This document shows positions 26,601-40,320 of a DNA stretch of 64,000 nt, piece after piece. Position numbers and translations under genes: made by a program. The first letter of the stretch is position 1. The number at the start of each line of letters is the position of its first letter. Under the pieces are notes generated by a model. The model had not been told where the DNA came from, searched no databases, and was given only the letters and a program-made list of their open reading frames with translations. Source of the stretch: Antedon mediterranea (lineage: Eukaryota > Animalia > Echinodermata); contig NC_092672.1 in the NCBI RefSeq assembly GCF_964355755.1, forward strand, positions 12,648,001 to 12,712,000. The letters are read 5' to 3'.

Positions 26601-29514
26601 GTATCCTTAGCGGGTTTCCACTTTACCTCCGTTCCGCTTCGCGTTTTGTGTAGGCCTAACAATGCATTATATTAATAACATAGTTTATGTAGTTTTTGTT
26701 TTCCTCTTACCGTTTACTGTTACCGCTCGTCTGTGTAAATTGGCTATAAAACATGTTGGGTAAGTGTTATATATAATACTGTAGATAATACATTTTCCCC
26801 TTTCTCGATGTAATAATGATGATGGTAGTGATTTGCGTTTATAATAATTATCAGTGATATTCAATGCTGTTAAGCATAAAACCAGCCACTTCTGTAACCC
26901 GACATCATATATCATTCGACGCGTTCGACTGGATGGCTCGCATAAATATTTCTTCATTACGGTTTAAATTGATCATTTTCATCAATTAAGTTCTCTTCCT
27001 CCAACTTATCAATTATCTGTGTTTATATAATCACACTAACCTATTGCTTGGTCTGTCGCATGGGAATCCTTACCCATCGCTCTTTATGTACGTAATAGTA
27101 GAAGATAACATTCGTCTATTCTCAATACACATTAATTCTATAATAATTGATACCGGTACGCCAAATGTATGTTTTTTTTAGTTTTGTCGATGCCTGGTTG
27201 GTCTATATAATAATTGCAGTACCTTACTTGAATTTTTAAATAATACATTCCAATATATTATATATATTATTATAAAACAATTTGATTTACTATTCCAATA
27301 AAACAAAATAAAACGCAATTCGGCCTAAATGGTAAACACAAACAAGTAGAATTGAAGAATGAAGCAAGTGAATTGTAAATTAAACAGATTGCGTTAATTA
27401 CATTACTATGTCAATCTTTCGCGACACGCCTAACCAATGAAAGAATAAACGCCTTTTAATAATTATATAAAAAATCAATATCAGTGTTCTATATATGTTA
27501 CTGTTTCAACTTCGTATCTAATTTAAATGTAAATGATACAAAGATCGAGAATTAATACGTTGTATAAATCATTCTTTAAAATAGGCCTAATCATGGAAAT
27601 CATTAATTTTCATGACTGCTGTCAAATCAGGCGATATATTTATATGTATACAAATTAAATACAATAATTCTTTATAATTGAATTCCAATTATTTTTAGAT
27701 TATGACATAAACATGACAATAAATTTTCCATTATGATTTATAAAAATTGTAGTGTATCCGTACTTTTTGTCGGTATGGCATTGAACATGGTAGAAAAAGT
27801 TATTCAGTTGTGTTAATTGTTTCTATATGTATATGTTAAATATTACTGTTTTTCTTATTTAATTTTGATGTATTTCTATTTCCTTTTAGACTCGCCCAAC
27901 ACAAGATGTTTTTCTTTATTCACTGATCTGAGGTTTTCATCATTTTATTTCACACTTCACATTGTTAAAATGATCAGGATTTGTTAATAATGTTCTGTCA
28001 AGAGTTTACTTTACACGTACACACCAAACTACATACATATTGAAGCATACTCGACACCCACTAGTATCGTCAATCGCAATCTTCTTCAACTACTTAAGTT
28101 AAAAACCTCTTTTCCGCGCCGCTTCTTAAAACTGATAACGACAAGACATAATCACGATAATAAACGAGAAAGCAAGTCGTAAACTAGAAGGCAAAAGCGT
28201 GCAAAGTGCCATCTCAATGGCCGTCTGGTTAAGATAACACAATATATCTAATTTCGAAAGTTGTAAACAACTTTAAAGGAAATTGACACCCTAATATTTA
28301 CTTAACTATTATAAAAGTAACCCTACCAACTTAATATTCAGAACAATTTATGTTTAAATCGGATTTGTAGTTTTCAAGTAAACAGAATTTTAAAGTTGTT
28401 TTCAAGACTTTTGAAAATCGCCATCTTGTTCTCATGGCAGCCTATTTGTGACGTCAAATACGGCCGACGAAAATATTAATATTCGCGGTTGCATTCGGCG
28501 CTTCTATTGGCTAAGAACACACACATAGACTTAGTCTAATAACTCCTTGTAAAAATATAAAACTGACAACTAACTTATTGAAGTCAAATGCGATCAAACA
28601 ACAAATATTTATTCAATAAAATGTTATTCTAAAGTAAAATAATATACAACTGAATTTTTGTATAATTTTATAATCTTGTATTCTTAATTTTTATAAGCAA
28701 AACCATTTGTGTTCACTCTTTTCGGTGAAAGCGAAAAAGAAAATATATTACTAAACTAAAAAATCGCCAATTCAGTGAAGGTTTTATGAAAAACTTAGAA
28801 AATACGTTAAACGTATAATGCGAGGACCTGTCCCCTGTTTTCGTTTCCATAGCCTATAGATATAAGCCTGATGCATTCACAATTGTAGTGGCGTGTGTTG
28901 TGAGTTCAGTAACAACTGATTTTTAATAGCCTATCATAACAACTATTATCTGATTATGTTTGTTTCATTTAAGTAACCGCGTTTATTAATATAATTGCTA
29001 TTATCAAAGCCCATAAAACATTGTTAAATGAAATCGATTTAGTTTAAGTAGCTAGCCAACACAATTATTGTAGCGTTTTAAAACATACCCTTTGGTTATC
29101 CCGAACAACGCGAGCACCACTACATTATCGACTCTAGCATGTATTAGAACAGGACCTAAGGACCTGTTTTCGCAGCTAAAGCATCAAGATGCTTTAAAGC
29201 ATGTTTGATTTCATTAGTGGAAATTAACAAACGCCAAGCTAGATAGTGTACCTTAAAGGCAATAATCTAATTAGCAATAATGCAACATAATTCGTTGCGT
29301 TTGTCGTACTATGATACACATTGAAAAATGTAATGTGTATTGTACTCATTATTTTATACATCACCGAGAAATTAAATCTTGCCATGAACACTACAAACAT
29401 ACTACCTACCAACCACTGTTAGCCTTGTCAGATGATTGGCAATCAGATGGTGATTGTACCTCTGAGACAGTTGAGAAAGAAGACATCACAACATTTTTAA
29501 ATGGAAACATATGA

Positions 29515-29895
29515 TGAGGAGTCACTTATCCCGATGATATGAACATTAGCTTAAATATGCAAATTAGGGTAAGTCGACAGGGTTACCATATCTCAAAAAC
29601 TACTAGTCAGAGAGAGTAGATTTTTTCACTGGTTTATGCAGAATGTATATATTAATATAACAAAACAATAAAACAATTTACACAAAAAAAATGACCGGAA
29701 GTACAATATTTGACCCTCGACCCCATTTTTCAATATTTGCATACATAATGCCACTAAAATGTGTGTAAATACTTTGTTTTGCCCTCAAATGGCTTTGATA
29801 CAGGTTTCCTTAGTCGGCATAGGACCGCTTTGTAATTCCCAAAAATCACATCATTGTCACACACCTCGAAAGTATGCGAATTAGTAGTAGAAATG
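29515..29895 (+). mobile_element. Fragment of the same family as the 3620-6907 foldback arm unit
   Basis: TTAGCTTAAATATGCAAATTAGG...GGTTACCATATCTCAAAAACTACTAG...CACACCTCGAAAGTATGCGAATTAGTAGTA is collinear with 3720-4090. Confidence 0.85.
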
Positions 29896-29977
29896 ACATA
29901 TAGGCACCGGTACATTTTCCCTATCTTCTTCCACGAAGAAGTCACACGATAAGAGCCTAAACAATCCAAACCATTAA

Positions 29978-30036
29978 CCCTGAAAGCTAGTGCCATAGTA
30001 GTATTTAAAAATACTACTATGGCACTAGCTTTCAGG
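29978..30036. mobile_element. 59-bp piggyBac-like miniature hairpin element
   Basis: TTAA|CCCTGAAAGCTAGTGCCATAGTAGTATTT-AA-AAATACTACTATGGCACTAGCTTTCAGG|TTAA. Perfect 28-bp arms, TTAA on both sides, CCCT terminus with the right end one G short. Confidence 0.75.
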
Positions 30037-30867
30037 TTAAATTTTTTAGTAATAAAACCAAGAATATGTTCATTATTCAGAAAATCCTATGTGTATTCAT
30101 AGGAACATACATTGCAAAAAAAATACCAGCTTTTAAGAAATTAGAAGCAAGCAAACGATATTCTTGGTGTGCATGCTATCTAAGTAAAACTTGTTTGTAT
30201 CGCTTAAATATATCTGTAAAAAATAATTTTAGAAATCAGGGATGTAGGTTAGTTACAGTATGTGGTGCAAAAGCAGTGATTGACTTCGCAAAACATACTA
30301 TCAGAAATTTATAAAATTATAATTTTCTTAATTGGTTTTGTTTTTAGTATATACTGTATACTGTAAAGTCTCTAGAATACAATACAATATGTTATGTTGC
30401 AAAGCATGGATTTACATAATTGTATTAAGTTATAAATAATACAACCTATTCCTCTCTCATACTACCTCATTTTCTTTCTTTTTTCGATAAAATTAGTTTA
30501 TAATGTAGTTGTGCAGTTTTAAATAATTTTGGTTAAGATAATTTCCTCAACGAAAAAATGAAATAACAATATAAATTTTCAAATTTAATCTCTTCCCCCG
30601 ACGATTAGTTTCCATAAATTTATCAAATTGCGGTAATTGTTATGTTTTGTTATAGTTGATTTCAATAAAATCAATTGTTTTGAATACCATACTTGCTTCC
30701 TTATTTCGTTTTGAGAATTATGAAAAATATTTCCTCATTATTATGGTTATCTACTTTTAGACCAGCACTTGATAAAGTGAAAAACTATTAAACATTAAAC
30801 ATTAAATTAATAAGTAGTTACCTCACAATACTTATGTTTAAAATAATTTTGATGTGGAAAATGCATT

Positions 30868-31076
30868 AGGGTTGGTGAGTACCCTGCCAAAATACGCAAG
30901 AATTTTGCCAAATACGCAAATTGAGGGAGCTATGCTTTGCCAAAATACGCAAATCATGCCAAAATACGCAAATTGAGGGCGCTATACTTTGCCAAAATAC
31001 GCAAATCATGCCAAAATACGCAAATTGAGGGCGCTATGCTTTGCCAAAATACGCAAATTATGCCAAAATACGCAAA
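30868..31076 (+). repeat. Tandem array of GCCAAAATACGCAAA motifs (52-bp unit with 19+33 subunits), likely a DNA transposon subterminal repeat
   Basis: Eight GCCAAA(A)TACGCAA cores, separated alternately by ATCAT and TTGAGGGCGCTATGCTTT. Confidence 0.8.
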
Positions 31077-31807
31077 CTATTTCTTACAAAAGCATCCCTC
31101 GACTTTTCGTCGTAACAGTTTTAATTTTTTTTCTTTCTTTATTAAATAATGCTTTTATTGATATTCTATTTAAAACTGTATTAAACTACTGTAGAGTATC
31201 TTTTGCGTCAGGGAGATCATCTGACCAACTTAAACATGATTTATTATTAGTTTAACAATTAGTAAACATTATGTGTAACGAGATAGACATAATAGTCTAG
31301 AATTCTCTATTATTAATTATTACGAACCTCGTCGTACAGCCGTCGATGATGATGTTGTTATTTGAAAGATTTGTATTTTTTATATTTCATCATCTCTCTC
31401 ACATATTCATACAACAAAACGTTTTACACTTATGGAAAGTCCAAGTGCGAATAACGATTATTTATCCGTTGAAATGTTACCATGATCTCGGTAAAATCTT
31501 ACCATAATGTAATCCCAATTTAATGTATGTCCAGTTCTTTGGGTGTACGCATGCCCAGCCCAGTCCGAGTTTACAAATTCCTATTTTTTTTTTCAGCCTT
31601 AGTAAACTATAAGCGTCCGCGTGGTAACTGTTTTCATAATGCTTTAGTTCTCTGGAATTTAATTGCATAAAGGCGTTGCGCGAAAAACTTATGAAGTGTA
31701 TTTGAAATCGTTGAGGGCGAACTAAATAATTTTAAAATGAAAATCGTTTACAGAAAGTCATCTACAACTGATTCGTATAGAATACATTTAGGAAGGACTA
31801 AACAACG

Positions 31808-31951
31808 AATTAATAATAGCTATATGCAAAGGTGTGTAAAGAAAACAATATAGGCAGTCAATAAAAAAGTAATGTTATATCATTTTTAAAATTATACCGA
31901 CTGCCTGTTTTGTTTCTTTACACACTTTGGCATTATAGCTATTAATAATTC
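31808..31951. mobile_element. Hairpin MITE, ~144 bp
   Basis: GAATTATAATAGCTATATGCAAAGGTGTGTAAAGAAAACAA..AGGCAGTC mirrors GACTGCCTGTTTTGTTTCTTTACACACTTTGGCATTATAGCTATTAATAATTC. Confidence 0.75.
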
Positions 31952-33637
31952 AATAAAGATATTAAAGTATAATATTGCATAATGTTCCAATGACAATGGC
32001 CAAGAGAAGTTATATCATTAAGATTTGTGTTCAGAAAAAAATATTTAATAATAGTAAACTTTAAATTACATTTCGATAGAGTATATAATGTTAAACATAT
32101 TTAAAGTAGCTCTCAAAACGAATCATAATTGGACTGGATTTCTATTTAATTTTAATCAGAAATGCAGATCTTACTGCAGAGATCATTTCACACCTGTTTT
32201 GTAAGGTTGTACTTTATTCCAACGATTTTGTTGTGGTGATGCAATACGATACATCTGTCCACGTTGGATCCGCCTACGAGATATAGTGAACTGTTATGTT
32301 TAATAATTATTGTTTTATTTATTATTGACATTATCTGCTGATAAATATTTTAAAATCCACTACCGTTTGATGCATTAAACTTTGAATCTAACGTATTTCC
32401 ATTAGTTAATCTAATTGGCAGACATATCTACTGACAAAAACAAATATAATATTATTATTATGTATTGAAACACACACACACACCATTTTCGTTTTGTTGC
32501 GTCAACAATATAGTTTGTTCGGTTCCGGTTTATAGTATAACATGTAAATGTACTGGTAAGTATACTACGCCTAGAAATAACATGTCTTTGATGAAATTAC
32601 CATGGAACTATAAATTACTAATTTATAGGTCCATGATAGTACCATCACATTAATTGTATGTACTGTAAAATAATGAGTTGTTTACAAATAATCACCGTGT
32701 CCAGGTAAAATTGATAACTGTGACTAAAAATAAACGAGGGCAGTGCAGTGTTTGTGAAGGAAAACATGACGGTGGCTGGTAAATGATTAGCTGTAAGCAC
32801 ACTTCAAATTGATAAAGGGACAAAACTAGATCTGTAAGCTCCGAGAAGCACACTTATCAACACTTCAATCAGAAAGTTAAAGATTGCTAATGATACAAGT
32901 AGTTCTGTAACAGAAAACCACTGGAAATGCGCTGATGGATAAACTTATAGTGAGAAATGTGGTCGAAATTGAAGATGGAACTTTCAATTATAATAAGAAT
33001 TCCAGGTAGGTGAAATGAACGCGATGCTATATTAAAAAATCCAGCTAAGTAACAATTCACTCCAGCCCCAACAATGCAGTGTCATTGACAATGATAATAA
33101 ATGCCGGATACAATATTTTGGATACACTTTATATTCTAAAGATTATTATTTTTCCATCTGTGTGCTTTTTTATTTTTTTGTATACCTTATATAGAGAGGG
33201 TAACCCTAATAAATGGCATATGCTTACAATCAAGGGGCCCTCAAATAAACATTATAAAAAACATATAGTTTTGAGGGTAACATATTCAGGTAGGTTGGCT
33301 GTTATAATGATAATGCTCGCAATATAAGATAAATGTGTGTTTTTATAATGAAATCAGTCCTTTTTTCATTGTTAGTTGGCTTATATCATTCCAAAAACAT
33401 GCCAATCTTGTTAATTTTTTAATCATCCGGTAAAAACCATATGATGGATTGGTGGACAAGGGCATCGGTTCCAAATGACATGATAAAAACCAGTCGGATA
33501 GCAACATACAAAGATGACAGACTCTCAAGGTGCACAAAAGTCCTCCTGGAGGGGGGAAATCACCTCACAAATGTTCACAAATAACTAGGCTTACTAATAA
33601 CTATTTGCAAATGGAGGACGGACAAACGTCGAATGGA

Positions 33638-33990
33638 AATACAAGATACAAGATACAAGACACAAGATAACTTTATTGTCAAAATTGTAAACAATTTCGA
33701 GATATGTTTTGTACCTGAGTAGAACAAATAATACGATGTGATGACTATATAAATAAATACAAATGATACAAGTGACTATCTTGAAAATTTTTTGTTAAAT
33801 AAATTGCATGCTATGTACATTGGTGAAAATCTGAAACGGTTTGTGGATATTTTTTTCTGTGTCAGTCCAGGGAGTTGTCAGTCTAACCCTTCCTGATCTA
33901 CTTATAATGATGTCTGAATGTAATGGGTGTGACACTACGATAACATTCTTGTTACCATTTAATAGGATGTTAAGAATGATCATTTTAAAG
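33638..33990 (-). mobile_element. Rex-Babar/L2-like LINE 3' end with (GTATCTT)n tail
   Basis: Minus-strand SHPLHSDIIISRSGRVRL matches the LINE C-terminal motif HPL......SGR.R. It is followed by AATAAAG and a heptamer tail, seen as ACAAGATACAAGATACAAGACACAAGAT on +. Confidence 0.65.
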
Positions 33991-35019
33991 ATACGTAGGC
34001 TACTTAATCATTTTTAACTGGTATAACTGGAAAATTCGATCAGCCCTCTACCAATAATAATTCTAAAAAGGATAGACTGTTTGCCATAACAAGAATAATA
34101 ATATTAATAGCAAACTGCCTTACAACTAGAGGGAACGCTGGCTAGAAAACTCGTAACCGCAATGTTTATATTGTGTTGAGAATGAGCTTTTTAAAGATGT
34201 CTATTTCCTCATTTCCTCACTGTTTTAACTGTTCTATAAAATTCTGTTCGGTATAACTACACAATTGCAGTGAGCCCTCTACAAATATTAATTCTTAGCA
34301 GGAAGACGACTGTTCACCATAACAAGAATAATAATTAATAATATCAAACGTTCTACAGTTGTACTATAGGACCCGCTCGCTTCCCTATGTGTACCTAATG
34401 AGTACCCACACATGGTTCTCAAATACAGCAATGAGGCTTCGGCGTAAATAACTGAAAATTGTATACAAACATATATTTATTTAAAGCCATTAATACCGGA
34501 GATACCTCTACCTATTGGCCAAAATATTTAACCAGTATTATCATTTGCATGGTATCGAACCCATATTTTTGTAGTGATGCATTTGGTGAATATGGGTGAT
34601 GTTAAAATAAAATAATATCGATGATCATCAGACACCCTTATTACCACAATCACGTCACGCCTTGTTAGCAACAGTTGAAATTAGGCAACAATCTAGACCA
34701 TGTACAATAATAATTATTAACATCGTGTGTTCAAGACATGGGTTTTCGGGAAGGCAGCCAATATTTATACATTTCTGCTGGAGTTTAAACAATGGAAGTG
34801 AGAGGTACGCACTACGGCAGAAATAAATGGAACTTAAATGTAATTCAACATAATATTTATGAATGTAGTAAAAGGACGGTATAAATTAATTACACTGTAG
34901 GACGGTGGATGGGTGAGGAAGTGTTACGATTGCAAAGAGGAAACATTTCAAATATAATATTTTGACACCAAGTGGAGTCCGAAACAATGAATTACACACA
35001 CATGACCTAATTGGGAGCA

Positions 35020-35325
35020 GGCTAGATTCCCCCTGGACATTTTCCTTCGGATATTTCCCCTGGTACCCCAACGCACCCCCCCCCCCCCCGGACAATTTCC
35101 TCCGTGATAATTCCCCAAGCCAGCTCCCCTCCTTCCACGGCATTATATTCTATCATTATTCAATTATTTAAGTTTATTTTTTAAGAGTACAGTATACAAA
35201 TTTGTTTGAATACTGATAAAATATAATGATGTTGGGGATGTGGTGGGTGTGGGAAATTCCCAAGATGAAAAATATCAGGGTAAATGTCCGGGTGAAAATG
35301 GTCAGGGCAACCAGTCTAGAATCAA
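35020..35325. mobile_element. MITE with C-rich left arm and G-rich right arm
   Basis: CCCTGGACATTTTCC..GGATATTTCCCCTGG at left versus TCAGGGGTAAATGTCCGGGTGAAAATGGTCAGGG at right. Confidence 0.55.
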
Positions 35326-37539
35326 ATTGATTAAGATAGGGCTAAAATGATTCTGAATATCTCATAGATGCTACGAGAAAATAGTCCTATGAAATGTAAT
35401 TACGGTTAGGTTTATGAGTGTAGGTGAGAGGGTAGAAAACAATCTTACGTTGAAGTGTTAGCCTCGTTGATTCCAAATTCTAGAAGTAGAAACAACGCCC
35501 TCTCTCTATAGCTTCAAAATTGATTTTTTGTTTCATGAACACAATCCTATTGACTCGGTAATAATAAATTGGCTAAAAATGTAACATTTGCGCTTTATTA
35601 CTTCGTTTAAACTGTCACAGTCGTTTTTAATTGAAAGACTAGGGGACCCCCACATACATTTCTTGCTATTTAATAACACTTTCAACTGGAAATATGTATA
35701 GTTTATAGTTTTAATATAATTCATTCATTAAACCAGTAGGCTTTACAGCAACATGGTAACACTTGTGATCCTAGAGCCGTCAGACTGTATTTATTGTTTA
35801 TTTATAAAAGCTCACTGTCTTTTAAGATTATAAATATCAACAGTTTTGGTCTTAATTTGCGAGATTGAGGGCGTTCATGTTATCTTGTGACCCAAACCCG
35901 TCATGTCGTTGCTCTACAAACCGAGAAAGTAGCAACAACCCCCTCTAGTGAGACACCATCTTGAACATAATACATACTGTTAGAGTTACGATTTATTGAA
36001 TAAATACAACATTAAAAAAATGTTTTTAATGTTATCTGATTTAATAGTAATACATGATTAAAGTTTAGAAACAAACAAGGAAATTGTTAAATTAGTGTGT
36101 AACTTTACGGCTAGGCACGGTTGTGGGGTATTGTGAATCACTGCGTCAGCTAGTGTGGGCATAATAGGTGAATGATGATGACACTGATAGTAATAGAGCT
36201 TTTATTCAAACTAGTTAATGCAACTAATAATACATACCGGTATGTATGGAATATGTGGAATAAACCATCTAATCTGAATCGATATAGTTAGAGAATGTTT
36301 GGATATCAGAATATGGTATGCCTGAAACCGATAACATTGTCGGGTCAGGTTGTTCTTTGAGATGCAAGAACCTCAAGAAGGACATCTCAATAATTTAAAA
36401 CCCTTAATTGTATGCTTGAGAAGCCAAATAGAGGGCCTATTAATAAAAATATAATTAATAAAATCTCACTGTCCTATTAAAAGTTTTAGGGTTATATGGT
36501 AGGACCAGATGTAATGTTTTTAAATTAACATAGTCCTTCCAAAATACTTATAGTAATCACTTTAATACCAGGTATTCTGTTCAATTCAAGACTATGTTTT
36601 TATAGCAATTCATTTCAATTAAATTGAATTTATTTCCACAATACACAATAACATACTGGATAATAAATACAATGAAGTAATCATGTGGTGGGAGGGGTCA
36701 TATAAGTCAGAAAGAAAGTTTGACCCACCCCAAGATATAACATTAATTACGAATACGAAAAAAAAATACATAAAATAATAAAAAATAAAAGAAAACAAAG
36801 CAAAAAAATTTATATTTAAACCATTTGATCCGATCTTAACTGGTCTTGTGAAATATATATGTTGGTATTTAAGTTTAAGATATAATTAATACGTAACATT
36901 ATGAAACAATATGGTAGATAATCTACATGGGACATTATATTCATTTAGAGACAAACAGCGATTTTAAGAAACAGTATTTCCAGATTTGAATTTTAAATGG
37001 ACAACCTATCAAACAGACTCGCTACGAACGAACTATTTCTATTAAAATGAATTTCTAATCAAGAAAAAAGGGCCATTAAAAAGACAAAGAACATGAAAGT
37101 GATAAATTTGTTTTGCTTATTCAGGATTCAACAGGGAAGATACGTCAGTGAACGGATAATTGGACACTCCATACGCCACTCAAATCGACCACCTTCTACG
37201 CTTACGACAAAGACACATTTAGTGTTATTGTATGCATAATTTAGTCATAATTGAATCATAAAATTACAGTGTAATGAATATGGTTTCTTTGCTTTATCAA
37301 TCGATCGAATTGATTAAATTAATATATTAATGAATGAATGTATTCAATCAATAACCAACCCACATTTTGTTTAACAGTGTGTGTTTAAAGAGTACCTCTT
37401 GGTTTAACATTGATTATAATTCATTACAATAAAAAAAAAGAAAACTATCAGTTGGTTTTTTGTTATTGTTTTCCAATTGTGTTTGAGTTAATAAGTTCTA
37501 TTTACTGTTTAAGATACTTTTGTTACTTTTAAACGTACA

Positions 37540-39567
37540 TAGCAATACATTTAGGAATGTGGTGATACCCTGTTTTTGATGTCGACGAGTAATATTTTTG
37601 GGTATTGCGATTCTGATGCTTTTCAATGTTAATGGATACCTTTAGGCATTTGGTGACTCTGATGTTTCTTTCACTATCGATGAAAAATACATTTGGGCAC
37701 TATGTTGTTTTAGGTGTTGAGCAATACATTTAGTGATACTGATGTTGCTTTCACTGATGATGAACATTACATTTAGGCACGTAGTGATACTATGTTTCTT
37801 TAGGTCTTGAGCAACACATTTAGGAATTTGGTGATACAGATGTTTCTTTCAATATCAATTATCAACACATTTAGGAATTTGGTTATACAGATGTTGATTT
37901 CAATGATGATGAACAAAACATTTAGGCATGTAATGATACTATGATGCTTTAGGTGTTGATCAACACAATTAGGCATTTGGTGATACTGATGTTGCTTTCA
38001 ATGTTGATGAACAATACATTTAGGCACGTAGTGATACTATGTTTCTTTAGGTGTTGAGCAATACATTTAGGAATTTGGTGATACAGATGTTGATTCCACT
38101 GTTGATGAACAATACACTTAGGCACGTAGTGATACGATGTTGTTTTATGTGTTGAGCAACACATTTAGGAATTTGGTGATACAGATGTTGATTTCACTGT
38201 TGATGAACAATACATTTAGACACGTAATTATACGATGTTGTTTTATGTGTTGAGCAATACATTTAGGCAATTGGTGATACAGATGTTGATTTCAATGTTG
38301 ATGAAAAATACATTTAGACACGTAGTGATACAATGTTGTTTTAGGTGTTGAGCAACACATTTAGCTATTTTGTGATTCTGATGTTGATTTCAATGTTGAT
38401 GAACAATACACGTAGTGATACGATGTTGTTTTAGGTGTTGAACAACACATTTAGGAATTTGGTGATACAGATGTTGATTTCAATGTTGATGAACAATACA
38501 TTTAGGCACGTAGTGATACGATGTTGTTTTGTGTGTTGAGCAATACATTTAGGAATTTGGTGATACAGATGTTGATTTCAATGTTGATGAACAATACATT
38601 TAGGCACGTAGTGATACGATGTTGTTTTATGTGTTGAGCAATACATTTAGGAATTTGGTGATACAGATGTTGATTTCAATGTTGATGAACAATACATTTA
38701 GGCACGTAGTGATACGATGTTGTTTTATGTGTTGAGCAATACATTTAGGTATTTTGTGATACTGATGTTGCTTTCAATGATGATGCATAATACATTTAGG
38801 CACGCACCGTAGTGATACTATGATGCTTTGAGTATTGAGCAACACATTTAGGCATTTGGTGATACAGATTTTTCTTTCAATATCGATAAGCAACACATTT
38901 AGGTATTTGGTGATACTGATGTTGCTTTCAATGATGATAAACAATACATTTAGGCATTTAGTGATACGATGTTGTTTTAGGTGTTGAGCAACACATTTAG
39001 GAATTTGGTGATACAGATGTTGATTTCAATGTTGATGAACAATACATTTAGGCACGTAGTGATACGATGTTGTTTTATGTGTTGAGCAATACATTTAGGA
39101 ATTTGGTGATACAGATGTTGATTTCAATGTTGATGAACAATACATTTAGGCACGTAGTGATACGATGTTGTTTTATGTGTTGAGCAACACATTTAGGAAT
39201 TTGGTGATACAGATGTTGATTTCAATGTTGATGAACAATACATTTAGGCACGTAGTGATACGATGTTGTTTTATGTGTTGAGCAACACATTTAGGAATTT
39301 GGTGATACAGATGTTGATTTCAATGTTGATGAACAATACGTTTAGGCACGTAGTGATACGATGTTGTTTGATGTGTTGAGCAATACATTTAGGAATTTGG
39401 TGATACAGATGTTGATTTCAATGTTGATGAACAATACATTTAGGCACGTAGTGTGACGATGTTGTTTTATGTGTTGAGCAATACATTTAGGTATTTTGTG
39501 ATACTGATGTTGCTTTCAATGATGATGCACAATACATTTAGGCACGTAATGATACTATGATGCTTTA

Positions 39568-39606
<39 letters not shown>

Positions 39607-40320
39607 AATAATAAACAGTATTTATATAGCGCCTAATGGATCACTGACCCCTCTAGGTGCTTTACATTAGACCTTAACTAATGGTAATAAACTATCCCCC
39701 GCCGGACACTATTCCGGTATTTCTTAGTCGAGGTTTCGGGGATAGAGACAATCAATAATGTGAAAAAAAATGTAACTAAGCTTAACTATGCTTAACTAAG
39801 GTAAAACTATCCCCCGCCGGACACCATCCCGGTATTTCTGAGTCAAGGTTTCGGGGCCAGAATTAAGAATAGAGAGTAAATGAAGCATGCACTAACTTAA
39901 GCTAGCTAGCTTTCAGTGTTGAGTAACACATTTAGGCATTTGGTGATACAGATTTTTCTTTCAATATCGATGAGCAACACATTTAGGTATTTTTGGTGAT
40001 ACTGATGTTGCTTTCAATGATGATGACAATACATGTAGGCACGTAATGATACTATGATGCTTTAGGTGTTGATCAACCCATTTAGGCATTGGTGATACAT
40101 ATGTTGCTTTCAATGTTGATTAACAATACATTTAGACACGTACCGTGATACTTTTATGCTTTCAGTGTTGATGAGAAACATATTTAGACATTTGCTACTG
40201 ATTAGGTTAGTAAAGATACCTATGTTTATTGTTGATGTTAAAAAAACAAAACATTTAGACATTTTGGGTTTCAAATTTGAAACATCATTAGACACGTCGT
40301 GACAGTGATGTTGCTTTCTA
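37540..40320. repeat. Satellite array, 98-bp dimer of related 47-bp and 51-bp monomers
   Basis: ACATTTAGGCACGTAGTGATACGATGTTGTTTTATGTGTTGAGCAAT plus ACATTTAGGAATTTGGTGATACAGATGTTGATTTCAATGTTGATGAACAAT. Period is 98 (e.g. 38503 to 38601). The core is homogeneous and the edges are degenerate. Confidence 0.96.
39568..39910 (-). mobile_element. Retroposon 3' end with (ATT)n tail inserted in the satellite
   Basis: (AAT)n followed by TATTTATATAGCGCCTAATG...CTCTAGGTGCTTTACA, similar to 5736-5845. Internal direct repeat AAACTATCCCCCGCCGGACAC...GGTTTCGGGG x2. Flanked by GCTTT (possible TSD). Confidence 0.65.

Noticed and set aside
30937-31255. Repetitive ORFs MPKYANHAKIRKLRAL
   Set aside because: These are translations of a 52-bp tandem repeat whose period is not a multiple of 3.
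37949-38164. Cys/His-rich ORF resembling a zinc finger array
   Set aside because: It is a translation of the 98-bp satellite. The frame shifts each unit and there is no C2H2 spacing.
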